Source: Candidatus Bathyarchaeia archaeon (GTDB taxonomy: Archaea; Thermoproteota; Bathyarchaeia; Bathyarchaeales; Bathycorpusculaceae). From it: a DNA stretch of 26,817 nucleotides. Location of the stretch: NCBI GenBank assembly GCA_050010515.1, contig JBEKKX010000035.1:1-26817 (forward strand), in the 5' to 3' direction. Positions within the stretch are counted from its first letter, which is position 1. Every line of letters begins with the position of its first letter. Below the pieces are notes generated by a model. The model saw only the letters and a program-made list of their open reading frames with translations. It was not told where the DNA came from and searched no databases. Position numbers and translations under genes: made by a program. This document shows, in pieces, positions 1 through 8,582 of the stretch.

Positions 1-1
1 A

Positions 2-1012
2 ATTGAAGACGTGGCAATTGTCGGAGGGGGACCGGCTGGAGCTTATTGTGCTTTTGAGCTTGCAAGAAAAGGAGTCTACGCCACATTATTTGACCACTCT
101 TATCCCAGAGAAAAGCCATGTGGCGGCGGAATTTCGCCTTCAGTCATAGAAAAGTTTCCTTTCGTGGAAAAGTTTCCTTCAAGAGGCGGCGTTTCTGCCG
201 ATTTCAAAATAATATCATGCTCAAACAAGCAGGTTGTGGAAAAAGGATCCCGGATAACGTTCAACGTGTCCAGACGAATTTTCGATCAGGAAATTCTCAA
301 CATGGCTACACAAAGCGGAGCAAATCTGATCGAAGAAAAAGTCTTGGAAGTTCGAAGAAAAAAGAATTCTTGGAAAATCAAAACCGAAAAACGCACACTA
401 ACCAGTAAAATCTTGGTTGGCGCCGATGGAATTTGCAGCATGGTCCGCCGAAAAACGGTTGGCTCTATTCCCCGTGAGAATCTCGGGTTGGGATATGGAT
501 ATCTTGTGAAAGGATTAGAGAAAGAACTCAACACGATTAAGTATCTGGATGCGATCCCTGGCTATATCTGGATTTTTCCTCGGGATGACCACTCAAGCAT
601 TGGCATATGTTGTGAACTCAGATATGGGAGCATGCTAAAGAAACTCCTTGATGATTTTATTCGCTCGTACTGTCCTCAAATCAAAGTTATCTCAGAATTT
701 GCTGCTATGTTTCCATTTGCAAAGGACCCAAGTTTCTTTATACTTCCGTGTGCGGGGAAAGATTGGATTTTGGTTGGAGACGCAGCGGGGCACGGTGACC
801 CGATAACTGGGGAAGGAATTCTCTACGCACTATGGTCGGGCAAACTAGCCGCTGAGGCGATAGAGCGAAATGACCTAAAACAATACGACAGGCAATGGCG
901 AGAAGAATACGGAAATTATCTGGTTGAGCGATGCAAACAGAAAGAGAGGTTCTACACACCTCTCATGATAGAGCTATCGGTAATGCTGAGTTCTTTCCAT
1001 AGCAATCCTTAA
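2..1012 (+). CDS. Geranylgeranyl reductase family FAD-dependent oxidoreductase (frame open to the left window edge)
   Basis: DVAIVGGGPAG Rossmann motif, KPCGGG (PCxGG), GADG, GYIWIFP (YxWxFP) and LVGDAAGHGDPITGEGI are the hallmark GGR motifs. Confidence 0.9.
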   Translation: MEDVAIVGGGPAGAYCAFELARKGVYATLFDHSYPREKPCGGGISPSVIEKFPFVEKFPSRGGVSADFKIISCSNKQVVEKGSRITFNVSRRIFDQEILNMATQSGANLIEEKVLEVRRKKNSWKIKTEKRTLTSKILVGADGICSMVRRKTVGSIPRENLGLGYGYLVKGLEKELNTIKYLDAIPGYIWIFPRDDHSSIGICCELRYGSMLKKLLDDFIRSYCPQIKVISEFAAMFPFAKDPSFFILPCAGKDWILVGDAAGHGDPITGEGILYALWSGKLAAEAIERNDLKQYDRQWREEYGNYLVERCKQKERFYTPLMIELSVMLSSFHSNP

Positions 1013-1550
1013 CAAGCCTGCGTGGTTAGCGCGTCAGCTTGTATCGTAGCATCTTTTGCGGTGCGCAAGAATTTAAGCATATAGGTTTTTTATTTAGCGG
1101 ACGAAAGTTTACAGAGAAAATCAGCAGACGAAGACTTGATAGAATCTAAATGTCAACCGAAAGTTTACATGGAAAACAAACCCTCAAGAACTCTACAGAA
1201 CCCTCAATATAACCATTATTATCAAACCAACTTCTCGCTTTCTTAAGTAAAAAAGCCCTAACCTTGAGCAAATCAACCGTTTTTTTTATCTATCAACCTA
1301 TTTCTCTCCGAGCTAATTCTGGGCTGAATAAAGATAAATAGCGTACGCTAGTATGACAATAAATTGACAAAATGCCGAACACTTGTTTCGTAACGATTGC
1401 AAAATCAGGCTAAGCTAATTAGCCATTGCTATAATTTAGACTTTAGAAGTGCGCACAATTCGTTTTTCATAGTTTGTCTGCTGAGTAGTGAACACGGCTG
1501 GGCGGAACTCTGAAATGCCATTGGTTGGGTAACACCTATCCAGCAATTTA

Positions 1551-1575
1551 CAAAAAAAGAAAAAGAGGAAAAAGG
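1551..1575 (-). terminator. Oligo-T/pyrimidine tract, possible archaeal terminator on the minus strand
   Basis: Minus strand reads CCTTTTTCCTCTTTTTCTTTTTTTG. No convincing gene precedes it. Confidence 0.3.
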
Positions 1576-1619
1576 TTGCGGAGAAAACGTCTAGCTGGCG
1601 ATATCGCCACTTGAGGGAG

Positions 1620-1643
1620 GGTTCAAATCCGATCGGACCCGCC
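1620..1643 (+). tRNA. 3' fragment of a tRNA gene (not a complete tRNA), possible att-site remnant
   Basis: GG-TTCAAAT-CCGAT-CGGACCC-G-CC has the exact spacing of T-loop (7), T-stem 3' strand (5), acceptor 3' strand (7), discriminator and CC. Upstream sequence does not supply the pairing 5' half. Confidence 0.4.
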
Positions 1644-1761
1644 TTTGAGTGATAACAATTAACAATTGAGTAGCAAGTTGCCTGTACCCTTTCCGGCCGC
1701 TCCTATTTGAGACGAGAAAGATTATTCCTTTTTGTTTGAATAAGGTTTTGAACCCTTTTGA

Positions 1762-1786
1762 GCGCGCGCGGGACAAAGCAGCGCGC
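1762..1786. mobile_element. 25-bp collapsed remnant of the GCGCGC-ended element
   Basis: GCGCGCGC-GGGACAAAGCAGCGCGC. Positions 1770-1786 match the reverse complement of the element end GCGCGCTGGTTTGTCCC (26191, 26253) at 16/17. Confidence 0.75.
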
Positions 1787-1839
1787 TAATGCCTTTCAAC
1801 TATTTTTCTATTCCTACTTGTATTCCGATTCAGAATACG

Positions 1840-1856
1840 TAATAATGATTTATAAG
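1840..1856 (+). promoter_or_regulatory. Putative BRE/TATA promoter of the glycan operon
   Basis: A-rich stretch followed by TTTATAAG about 50 nt upstream of ATG 1903. Confidence 0.45.
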
Positions 1857-1902
1857 CGATCGCCAATATAATCACCGCGGTTGCAAGGACGGCAACGATA
1901 AC

Positions 1903-2061
1903 ATGAGTGTGCGCTGTAGAGTGGAGCAGAAGGCAAGTGCAGGGCCGAAAAATACGTTTTTGGGTGTTCCGTCTGTCGGGAAGCTTGTTGAGTTTAAGAG
2001 GGCTGCCCTGAGGCGGGGCTTGTGGTTTAGGGTGTTAGATCGAGCTGAGAGGGGCGTAATA
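1903..2061 (+). pseudogene. 3'-truncated paralog of the hypothetical gene 2145..2522
   Basis: LVEFKRAALRRGLWFRVLDRAERGVI aligns with LLQFKHKAMRAGVWFKALLRIDRVLV. Similarity stops at the GCGCGCGC scar (2062), and the ORF reads through to 2148. Confidence 0.75.
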
Positions 2062-2144
2062 GCGCGCGCGAAAAGGAAGACCTACCCCAAGTTTTTTATT
2101 GGGAAACATGTGTATGTTTGTCTGCTCCTTGAGGGGGTAAAAAC

Positions 2145-2522
2145 ATGACGCTTAAGACTGTTAAAGATGGTTCTCAGAGCATACTTAACCGAATGCAACT
2201 ACTGCAGTTCAAGCATAAGGCCATGCGTGCTGGCGTATGGTTCAAAGCTTTACTTAGGATTGACAGAGTGCTTGTTGATTTAACGATAAAAGTAGCTGAC
2301 AACATTCGCAGTCATTATTTGGCTAAGTGTATCTTGGCTGTTGTGGGTAAGTTGGAAGGGCTTTTGGAAAGCAGTGTCTTAAGCTCGTTAAGGCTGGTCG
2401 GTCGCCCTCTTGCTGAGAAAATTAGTTTAATGGCTCAGAAATGGGGTCATGCTTCTGCTAAAAACTGGGCTACTGATGAATCTTTGGCAGTTTTCTTGGC
2501 TGTAATGCATACGAACGGATGA
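2145..2522 (+). CDS. Hypothetical basic helical protein heading the glycan operon
   Basis: 125-aa ORF with a GAGGGGGT RBS-like site. A paralog fragment lies immediately upstream. No recognisable catalytic motif. Confidence 0.8.
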   Translation: MTLKTVKDGSQSILNRMQLLQFKHKAMRAGVWFKALLRIDRVLVDLTIKVADNIRSHYLAKCILAVVGKLEGLLESSVLSSLRLVGRPLAEKISLMAQKWGHASAKNWATDESLAVFLAVMHTNG

Positions 2523-2555
2523 TTTCATGGAATATTTAACTGGTAATTAATTCGT

Positions 2556-3497
2556 ATGCCAAAGAAAGTTTTGGTTACTGGTGGGGCTGGTTTCATTGGC
2601 AGCCATTTAGTTGACCGGTTAGTTAAAGATGGCTATGATATTAGAGTTATTGATGATTTGTCCACTGGTAGACTTGGTAATATTGAGGGTCATTTGAGTG
2701 CTGGTAAGGTTGATTTTGTTAAAGGCGACATTCGTGATGCTTCGCTTGTTTCAAAAAGTGTTGATGGTGTTGATGTGGTTGTTCATTTGGCTGCTTTGAC
2801 GAGTGTGCCTTTTTCTGTTAAGAATCCTGATTTAGTTTTTGACGTTAACGTCGTGGGAACTTTGAATTTAATTCGTGCTTACGCTCAAGAGGATGTTGAT
2901 AGGTTCGTGTTTGTTTCTAGTTGTGCGGTTTACGGTGATCCTGAGTTTTTGCCTGTGCGTGAGGAGCATCGGCCTAATCCGATTTCGCCTTATGCTGAGT
3001 CTAAGCTTTTAGCCGAGCGTTACTGCTTGGGTTTTCAGGAGCGGCAGCTTTTGCGGTCGGTTGTTTTGCGTTTCTTTAACGTTTATGGTCCAAGGCAAGG
3101 TATGAATGAGTATAGTGGAGTAATAACGCGTTTCGTTGATCGTGTAAGACGAAAGGAGCCGTTGGTTGTTTATGGTGATGGTTCACAAACGCGGGATTTT
3201 GTTTGTGTGTATGATGTTGTTGATGCTGTTTTAGCTTCTATGAAAAGCAGTTGTGCCGAGGGGGAAGTTTTCAATGTTGGTTCTGGTAAGCCCACTTCTA
3301 TCGGTGAGTTGGCTAAGACGGTTTTAGAGTTGGCTGGCGTGGACTTGATGATTCGTTATGAAAAGGCCAGAGCTGGCGACATTAAACACAGTTATGCGGA
3401 TATTTCTAAAGCTAAAAAGCTTTTGGGTTATGAGCCGCGGGTTTGTTTGCGGGATGGTTTGCGAGTGTTGCTTGAAGAAAAATTGGTAGTTGGCTAA
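2556..3497 (+). CDS. NAD-dependent nucleotide-sugar epimerase/dehydratase (GalE-like extended SDR)
   Basis: VTGGAGFIG, HLAA, SSCAVYG, YAESK (YxxxK), RFFNVYGP, GDGSQTRDF. Confidence 0.93.
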   Translation: MPKKVLVTGGAGFIGSHLVDRLVKDGYDIRVIDDLSTGRLGNIEGHLSAGKVDFVKGDIRDASLVSKSVDGVDVVVHLAALTSVPFSVKNPDLVFDVNVVGTLNLIRAYAQEDVDRFVFVSSCAVYGDPEFLPVREEHRPNPISPYAESKLLAERYCLGFQERQLLRSVVLRFFNVYGPRQGMNEYSGVITRFVDRVRRKEPLVVYGDGSQTRDFVCVYDVVDAVLASMKSSCAEGEVFNVGSGKPTSIGELAKTVLELAGVDLMIRYEKARAGDIKHSYADISKAKKLLGYEPRVCLRDGLRVLLEEKLVVG

Positions 3498-4449
3498 ATT
3501 GGTTGAAATTGGAGATATAAGGGAATTATTAGATAGGTTGGATCTGCTTGTTGTTGCAGGTATTCCAGCTTACAATGAAGAGAAGACTATTGCGCGGGTT
3601 GTTTTGGGGGCTCAGAAGCATGCGCATGTTGTGATTGTCTGTGATGATGGCTCAACGGATTTGACTGGGGAAATTGCGGAGCGTCTGGGTGCTGTTGTGG
3701 TTCGTCATGAACGAAATGCTGGTTACGGTGCGGCTATGCAGAGTCTGTTTAAGCGGGCGTGGGCGTTGAAGGCTGATGTGTTTGTTACTTTGGATGCGGA
3801 TGGGCAGCATGATCCTGCCGAGATTCCGCGGCTAGTTAAACCTATAAAAGACGGCGTTGCAGAAGTGGTTTTAGGCAGCAGATTCATGGATAAGAATGGA
3901 ACCGCTGATATGCCGACGTACAGGCAATTTGGCGTGAAAGTAATCACAACGTTAGCTAATGGATCTGGGAAAAATGGCGTTAGCGATGCTCAGAGCGGTT
4001 TTAGAGCATACAGCAAACGTGCCATGGAGCAACTGGGAGACATTTCTGAGAACGGCATGAGTGCCAGCATCGAACTTCTCCGAGCAGTCCATAAAAGTGG
4101 CTTAAAAATCTGCGAAGTGCCTATTTCATGCAAATATGCAGACACCGTGGGAATAAAAACGTCAACCGAAAATGCAGCCAAGCATGGCATGGGTCTTCTA
4201 ATGTCGTTAATCAAACTTGTTGTCGAAGATAGACCTCTCCCATTTCTTGGAATACCCGGCATAATGTTTATCGCTTTAGGCACGTTGTTTGGAGTTTGGA
4301 TGATGGACATATATGCCTCCACACACAGTATAGTGACAAATGTCGCGTTGGCATCTATTGCATTCATTCTGATAGGTTTCTTCATGGTATCAACAGCCAT
4401 AACGCTGTATGCGATAACAAGGTTATCAAAAAAAATGAATGTTAACTAG
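3490..4449 (+). CDS. GT2 glycosyltransferase, polyprenol-phosphate glycosyltransferase (DPM/DPG synthase-like) with two C-terminal TM helices
   Basis: IPAYNEE, DDGSTD, DADGQH, DAQSGFRAY and two hydrophobic C-terminal segments. The start codon is uncertain. Confidence 0.92.
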   Translation: MAKLVEIGDIRELLDRLDLLVVAGIPAYNEEKTIARVVLGAQKHAHVVIVCDDGSTDLTGEIAERLGAVVVRHERNAGYGAAMQSLFKRAWALKADVFVTLDADGQHDPAEIPRLVKPIKDGVAEVVLGSRFMDKNGTADMPTYRQFGVKVITTLANGSGKNGVSDAQSGFRAYSKRAMEQLGDISENGMSASIELLRAVHKSGLKICEVPISCKYADTVGIKTSTENAAKHGMGLLMSLIKLVVEDRPLPFLGIPGIMFIALGTLFGVWMMDIYASTHSIVTNVALASIAFILIGFFMVSTAITLYAITRLSKKMNVN

Positions 4450-4468
4450 GGTAACTGAGGTTAAGTAA

Positions 4469-5395
4469 ATGGTTAAAAAAGTGTTGGTAACGGGCGGTTT
4501 GGGCTTTATAGGCTCAAATCTAGTTCGAGAATTGGAAAAGCGTGGGTATGAAACTTGGGCTTGCGATTTGATGCATTCTTGGCAGCCTAATTATGTTCGT
4601 TGTGACGTTAGCAAATTCAGGCAAGTGGAGCGATTGTTTGCAGAGCATGACTTCGATTATGTTTATCATGCCGCAGCCGAGTATGGCAGATGGAACGGAG
4701 AAGACTACTTTGAAAATCTCTGGGCTACAAACGCTGTAGGCACTAAGAACATTCTGAGAGTACAGGAAAAGAAGAAGTTTCGGATGATTTTCTTTGGCAG
4801 CGCTGAGGTTTACGGTGATTATGACGGTGTCATGCGGGAAGACGTTATGGACACTATTCCAATTAAGCAGATGAACGATTATGCCATTTCCAAATGGGTT
4901 AATGAAATGCAGATTTTAAATTCTGCAGCTATGTTTGGGACGGAATCAGTTCGAGTTCGCTTGTTCAATGTTTATGGTGTGGGCGAGCATTATACCCCTT
5001 ACCGTGGGTGGATACCAAAATTCATCTATAAAGCCATGAGAAATGAGCCTTACACGGTTTACTTGGGTCACAAACGTACACTTGAATATGTTGAGGATCT
5101 CTGCAGAACATTTGTTAACATAATTGATAACTTTAAGCTTGGCGAAATTTACAATTTAGGCGGCGACACCCAATACGACATAAAATACGTTTCCGATTTA
5201 ATTCTAAAAAACCTAAACAAGGACGATTCCAAAGTTTCTTACAAAGAAGCTGAACCCTTCACAACTAGAATCAAAACGCCTGATGCGTCAAAGGCGAAAA
5301 AAGATTTGGATTTTAAGCTAATCATTTCTCCGGAAGAAGGCATGCGGAGAACTGTTGAATGGTTCAAGAAACTGTATGGTGAACAAAGTGCTTAA
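4469..5395 (+). CDS. NAD-dependent nucleotide-sugar epimerase/dehydratase
   Basis: VTGGLGFIG, SAEVYG, YAISK, RLFNVYG. Confidence 0.92.
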   Translation: MVKKVLVTGGLGFIGSNLVRELEKRGYETWACDLMHSWQPNYVRCDVSKFRQVERLFAEHDFDYVYHAAAEYGRWNGEDYFENLWATNAVGTKNILRVQEKKKFRMIFFGSAEVYGDYDGVMREDVMDTIPIKQMNDYAISKWVNEMQILNSAAMFGTESVRVRLFNVYGVGEHYTPYRGWIPKFIYKAMRNEPYTVYLGHKRTLEYVEDLCRTFVNIIDNFKLGEIYNLGGDTQYDIKYVSDLILKNLNKDDSKVSYKEAEPFTTRIKTPDASKAKKDLDFKLIISPEEGMRRTVEWFKKLYGEQSA

Positions 5396-5411
5396 CGGAG
5401 AGAAGTTTGGA

Positions 5412-6416
5412 ATGAACAAAAAAGTGCTTGATGCATTCAATGAGAAAACTGTGCTGGTAACTGGCGGAGCAGGAGCTATAGGTTCTAACTTGGTAAAAAC
5501 GCTAAGTAACTTGGAAACAAAGAAAATTATAATCATAGACGACCTTTCTTCGTCTTATGAATGGAATATACCAGCAAGCCCAAAGGTTGCTTTTATAAGA
5601 GGCAATATTCTTGATGATGAAAAGTTAAGGTGGGCGTTTAAAGAGAAACCTCAAATAGTGTATCATCTGGCAGGTCATTTTGCCAACCAGAACTCAGTGG
5701 ATAATCCTGAAACCGACTTGATGGTCAATGGAATGGGTACATTAAAGGTTCTGGAGCACGCTCATCTAGTTGGCGTTGAACGTTTCATTTATGCATCTTC
5801 AGGCTGTGGAATATACGGTGCAGACTCCAAAATGCCCTTTGAAGAGCATGACGTGTCTATGAAGCTCTATACGCCTTACCAAGTGACCAAGATGTTGGGA
5901 GAACTTTACACCAACTACTTCTACAACCTCTACAATCTCCCAATTGTAAATGCAAGGTTCTTCAATTCGTATGGTCCAGGCGAAGTTCCAGGAAAATACC
6001 GCAACGTTATACCTAACTTCTTCTACTGGTCAATAAACAAGCAGCCTCTTCCGATTACTGGAACCGGCGACGAAACAAGAGACTTCACCTATGTAGGCGA
6101 TATCGTAAGCGGTCTGTTGGCAATGGCATCCTCGGAAGAAGCCGTTGGCGAAGCTTTTAATCTGGCAACGGGTCGAGAAATCAGAATAGGCGACCTGGCA
6201 CAGTGGATAATTGAGATAACTGGTAATGAAGCTGGAGTAGTGTTTAAAGAGCAGAGAGATTGGGACAAGAAAAATAGGCTCTTGGCTTCGATTGAAAAGG
6301 CAAAGCGCGTTCTTGGATATGAACCAAACATGGATTTCAAAAAAGGTCTAAAGCATGTCCATGCTTGGTTCAAAGAAAATTGGCAAAGCATTACGGGTTC
6401 GCAAGCGTTCAATTAA
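5412..6416 (+). CDS. NAD-dependent nucleotide-sugar epimerase/dehydratase
   Basis: VTGGAGAIG, SSGCGIYG, YQVTK, RFFNSYGP, GTGDETRDF. ATG 5412 is preferred over 5355 because it avoids overlap with the upstream gene. Confidence 0.92.
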   Translation: MNKKVLDAFNEKTVLVTGGAGAIGSNLVKTLSNLETKKIIIIDDLSSSYEWNIPASPKVAFIRGNILDDEKLRWAFKEKPQIVYHLAGHFANQNSVDNPETDLMVNGMGTLKVLEHAHLVGVERFIYASSGCGIYGADSKMPFEEHDVSMKLYTPYQVTKMLGELYTNYFYNLYNLPIVNARFFNSYGPGEVPGKYRNVIPNFFYWSINKQPLPITGTGDETRDFTYVGDIVSGLLAMASSEEAVGEAFNLATGREIRIGDLAQWIIEITGNEAGVVFKEQRDWDKKNRLLASIEKAKRVLGYEPNMDFKKGLKHVHAWFKENWQSITGSQAFN

Positions 6417-6453
6417 TGATATATCTAACTGTTATATTTGTGGGTTCTGCATC

Positions 6454-7683
6454 GTGAGAGTTTTAGTGGTGGCTCAATATTTTCCGCCTGATATGGGTGG
6501 CGGTGCCACAAGAGCTTACAATATGGCAAAGGGGCTTTCACTTGCGGGTTGTGATGTAACAGTAGTTGCTGCTTTTCCTCATTATCCTACTGGAAACATA
6601 CCAGCCAAATATCGTGGAAAATTGTTGGCTATCGAAAACGAAGGAAAGTTAAGAGTAATACGGACATTTATTCCCCCGGTAGCGTCAGAAGGGTTTACCA
6701 AGAGATTTTTGCTATTTACATCTTTTATGTTTTCTTCTTTATCCGCATTGCCACTAGTTCGTAAAGTTGACGTGGTATATGCTTCGAATCCGAACATAAT
6801 TGCCATGATTCCAAGTTTAATGTATAAACTGGTTAACAACTGTCCCGTGGTTCAGAACGTAGATGATCTTTGGCCTGAAGCCCTTTACGATTTAGGCATG
6901 AACAGTAAGTCTCTATTGGCAAAATTGGGTGAATTCGTAGCCAAGGTAACATATAGGTTTGCTTCAGCTATTACACCAATCAGTCCCGGGTATGTCAAGG
7001 TATTAACTCAAAAATATGATGTGAAACCAAGCAAAGTTAGTGTAGTGCCAGCTGGCGTTGACTTGGCAATGTTCTCTTGTAAGAGCGTCACTGGATCAAA
7101 AAATGGTAAGTTCAGAGTTTTGTATATTGGTGCCTTCTCTCCAGCATACGATTTTGGCCAGATATTTCGAGCAGCGAAGCTGTTGGCTAATTCTGAAGGG
7201 ATAGAGTTTGTTATCCAAGGTGGGGGCGAACTTGCTTCGGCTTTAAAATCCAAAAGTGAAGAGACAAAATCAAATAATGTTAAAGTGATTGAAAAAATTG
7301 TTAGTCGCCAAGAAGTTGTAAAAGAACTCTATGAAGCTGATGCACTGCTTCTTCCCTTGAACGGTATTGGCTCTATAGAAATGGGCATATCTTCTAAGCT
7401 CTATGAATATCAAGCTGCAGGTAAACCGATAATATGTTGCTCTAACGGTCAGCCAGCCCGCTACGTGTCAGAAACCAAATCTGGTATTGTAGTTAAACCT
7501 GGGGATTATAAAACATTGGCGAAATCAATCCTCTACTTGAGAGGGAATAGAATCGCTGCTGATGAACTGGGGAAGTTTGGAAGAGAATACGTTGAAAACA
7601 ACCTGTCGATTGATAAGATAGGCTTCAAAATGAAAAAACTCCTCGGAGCCTTAACACAGAGGGCTTCAGCTAGGGGTATGTAG
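6454..7683 (+). CDS. GT4 glycosyltransferase (WbuB/Cap1E-like)
   Basis: RVLVVAQYFPPDMGGGA, FPHYPTG, DLWPE, SKLYEYQAAGKPII. GTG 6454 is the probable start. Confidence 0.92.
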   Translation: MRVLVVAQYFPPDMGGGATRAYNMAKGLSLAGCDVTVVAAFPHYPTGNIPAKYRGKLLAIENEGKLRVIRTFIPPVASEGFTKRFLLFTSFMFSSLSALPLVRKVDVVYASNPNIIAMIPSLMYKLVNNCPVVQNVDDLWPEALYDLGMNSKSLLAKLGEFVAKVTYRFASAITPISPGYVKVLTQKYDVKPSKVSVVPAGVDLAMFSCKSVTGSKNGKFRVLYIGAFSPAYDFGQIFRAAKLLANSEGIEFVIQGGGELASALKSKSEETKSNNVKVIEKIVSRQEVVKELYEADALLLPLNGIGSIEMGISSKLYEYQAAGKPIICCSNGQPARYVSETKSGIVVKPGDYKTLAKSILYLRGNRIAADELGKFGREYVENNLSIDKIGFKMKKLLGALTQRASARGM

Positions 7684-7719
7684 GTTATCACAGATGGAGC
7701 TGTATTAGAGTGAAAGAGC

Positions 7720-7956
7720 ATGGGCAAGATTAAAGTTGCAATAGTTGGATGCGATTTTGTAGCCCAAGCGCGCTATTGTGAGGTTTTGGCTGAAGCTGTG
7801 ATAAGTTTGAAGGAAAATTCAGAGCTGGCGCGGATGATGGGTGAGAACGGAAGAAAATACGTGGAAACTGAGGCATCCGTTGAAGCCGTAGGCTTAAAAA
7901 TGAAGGAAATCTTCGAAACGTTACCGCAAACAAGGTATCAAAAAATTGGCTCTTAG
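7720..7956 (+). pseudogene. Chimeric remnant: Gfo/Idh/MocA-type oxidoreductase N-terminus fused to a GT4 C-terminus
   Basis: MGKIKVAIVGCDFVAQ (degenerate GCGxxA Rossmann start), then GCGCGC at 7768-7773, then EVLAEAVISLKENSELARMMGENGRKYVE, which is homologous to the end of 6454..7683. Confidence 0.8.
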
Positions 7957-7980
7957 AAAGTGTTCCATCACCGGAAGGGA

Positions 7981-8489
7981 ATGATTTACGTGGGAAGTTT
8001 GAAGTATAGTCCAGTGTACAAGTCTCATTGTTGTGCATTCGGAGAAGCATGTGAGGAATCTGGGTATTCAATAAGGTATCTTTTTAGTCGTGAGTATGAG
8101 TGGATGCTGTCGAAACGGGTGAAGGAAAAAGCTGTCTTTATTGGGCGCTCGACTAGCATTCTTTCGATGTTAAAAGATACTTTGAATTTGAAAAATATCA
8201 AAACCATAAATGAAATATTCTCGAAAGACCCCAAACCCATTGTCTATTTGCATAATTATCATTTGTTAAATAATCTTATTGCAAGGATGTGTGAAAGGTA
8301 CGAATTACGGTTTGGTTTATTCAGATATTCAGGAGTTTGCAGAAAATATCATCAAACTTTTGAAAGACGTTGAAATGTGCGAACAAGTTGGAAAGAATGG
8401 GTTATCGATACGCTAAAGATAACCATGATGAAGTGAAACTCGCTCGCAAACTAGAGACAATTTTGCATCAAAAATCCAGAACTCAATAA
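7981..8489 (+). pseudogene. Internally deleted or chimeric glycosyltransferase remnant
   Basis: An N-terminal ORF runs to about 8300. A different frame then gives GLVYSDIQEFAENIIKLLKDVEMCEQVGKNG, a frameshift, and YRYAKDNHDEVKLARKLETIL*, a typical GT4 C-terminus. Most of the GT-B fold is missing. Confidence 0.7.
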
Positions 8490-8582
8490 TCAAGTGACGC
8501 AGTATCGGAATAACTCACGTATCGCTTTTTAGGCTATAACACAGAATAAACACGTTCAAATTGTAGTCTTGGGTCTAAAAAT

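Noticed and set aside
1575-1645. Complete tRNA gene
   Set aside because: No 5' acceptor strand (GGGTCCG), D-arm or paired T-stem can be formed. It is kept only as a 3' fragment.
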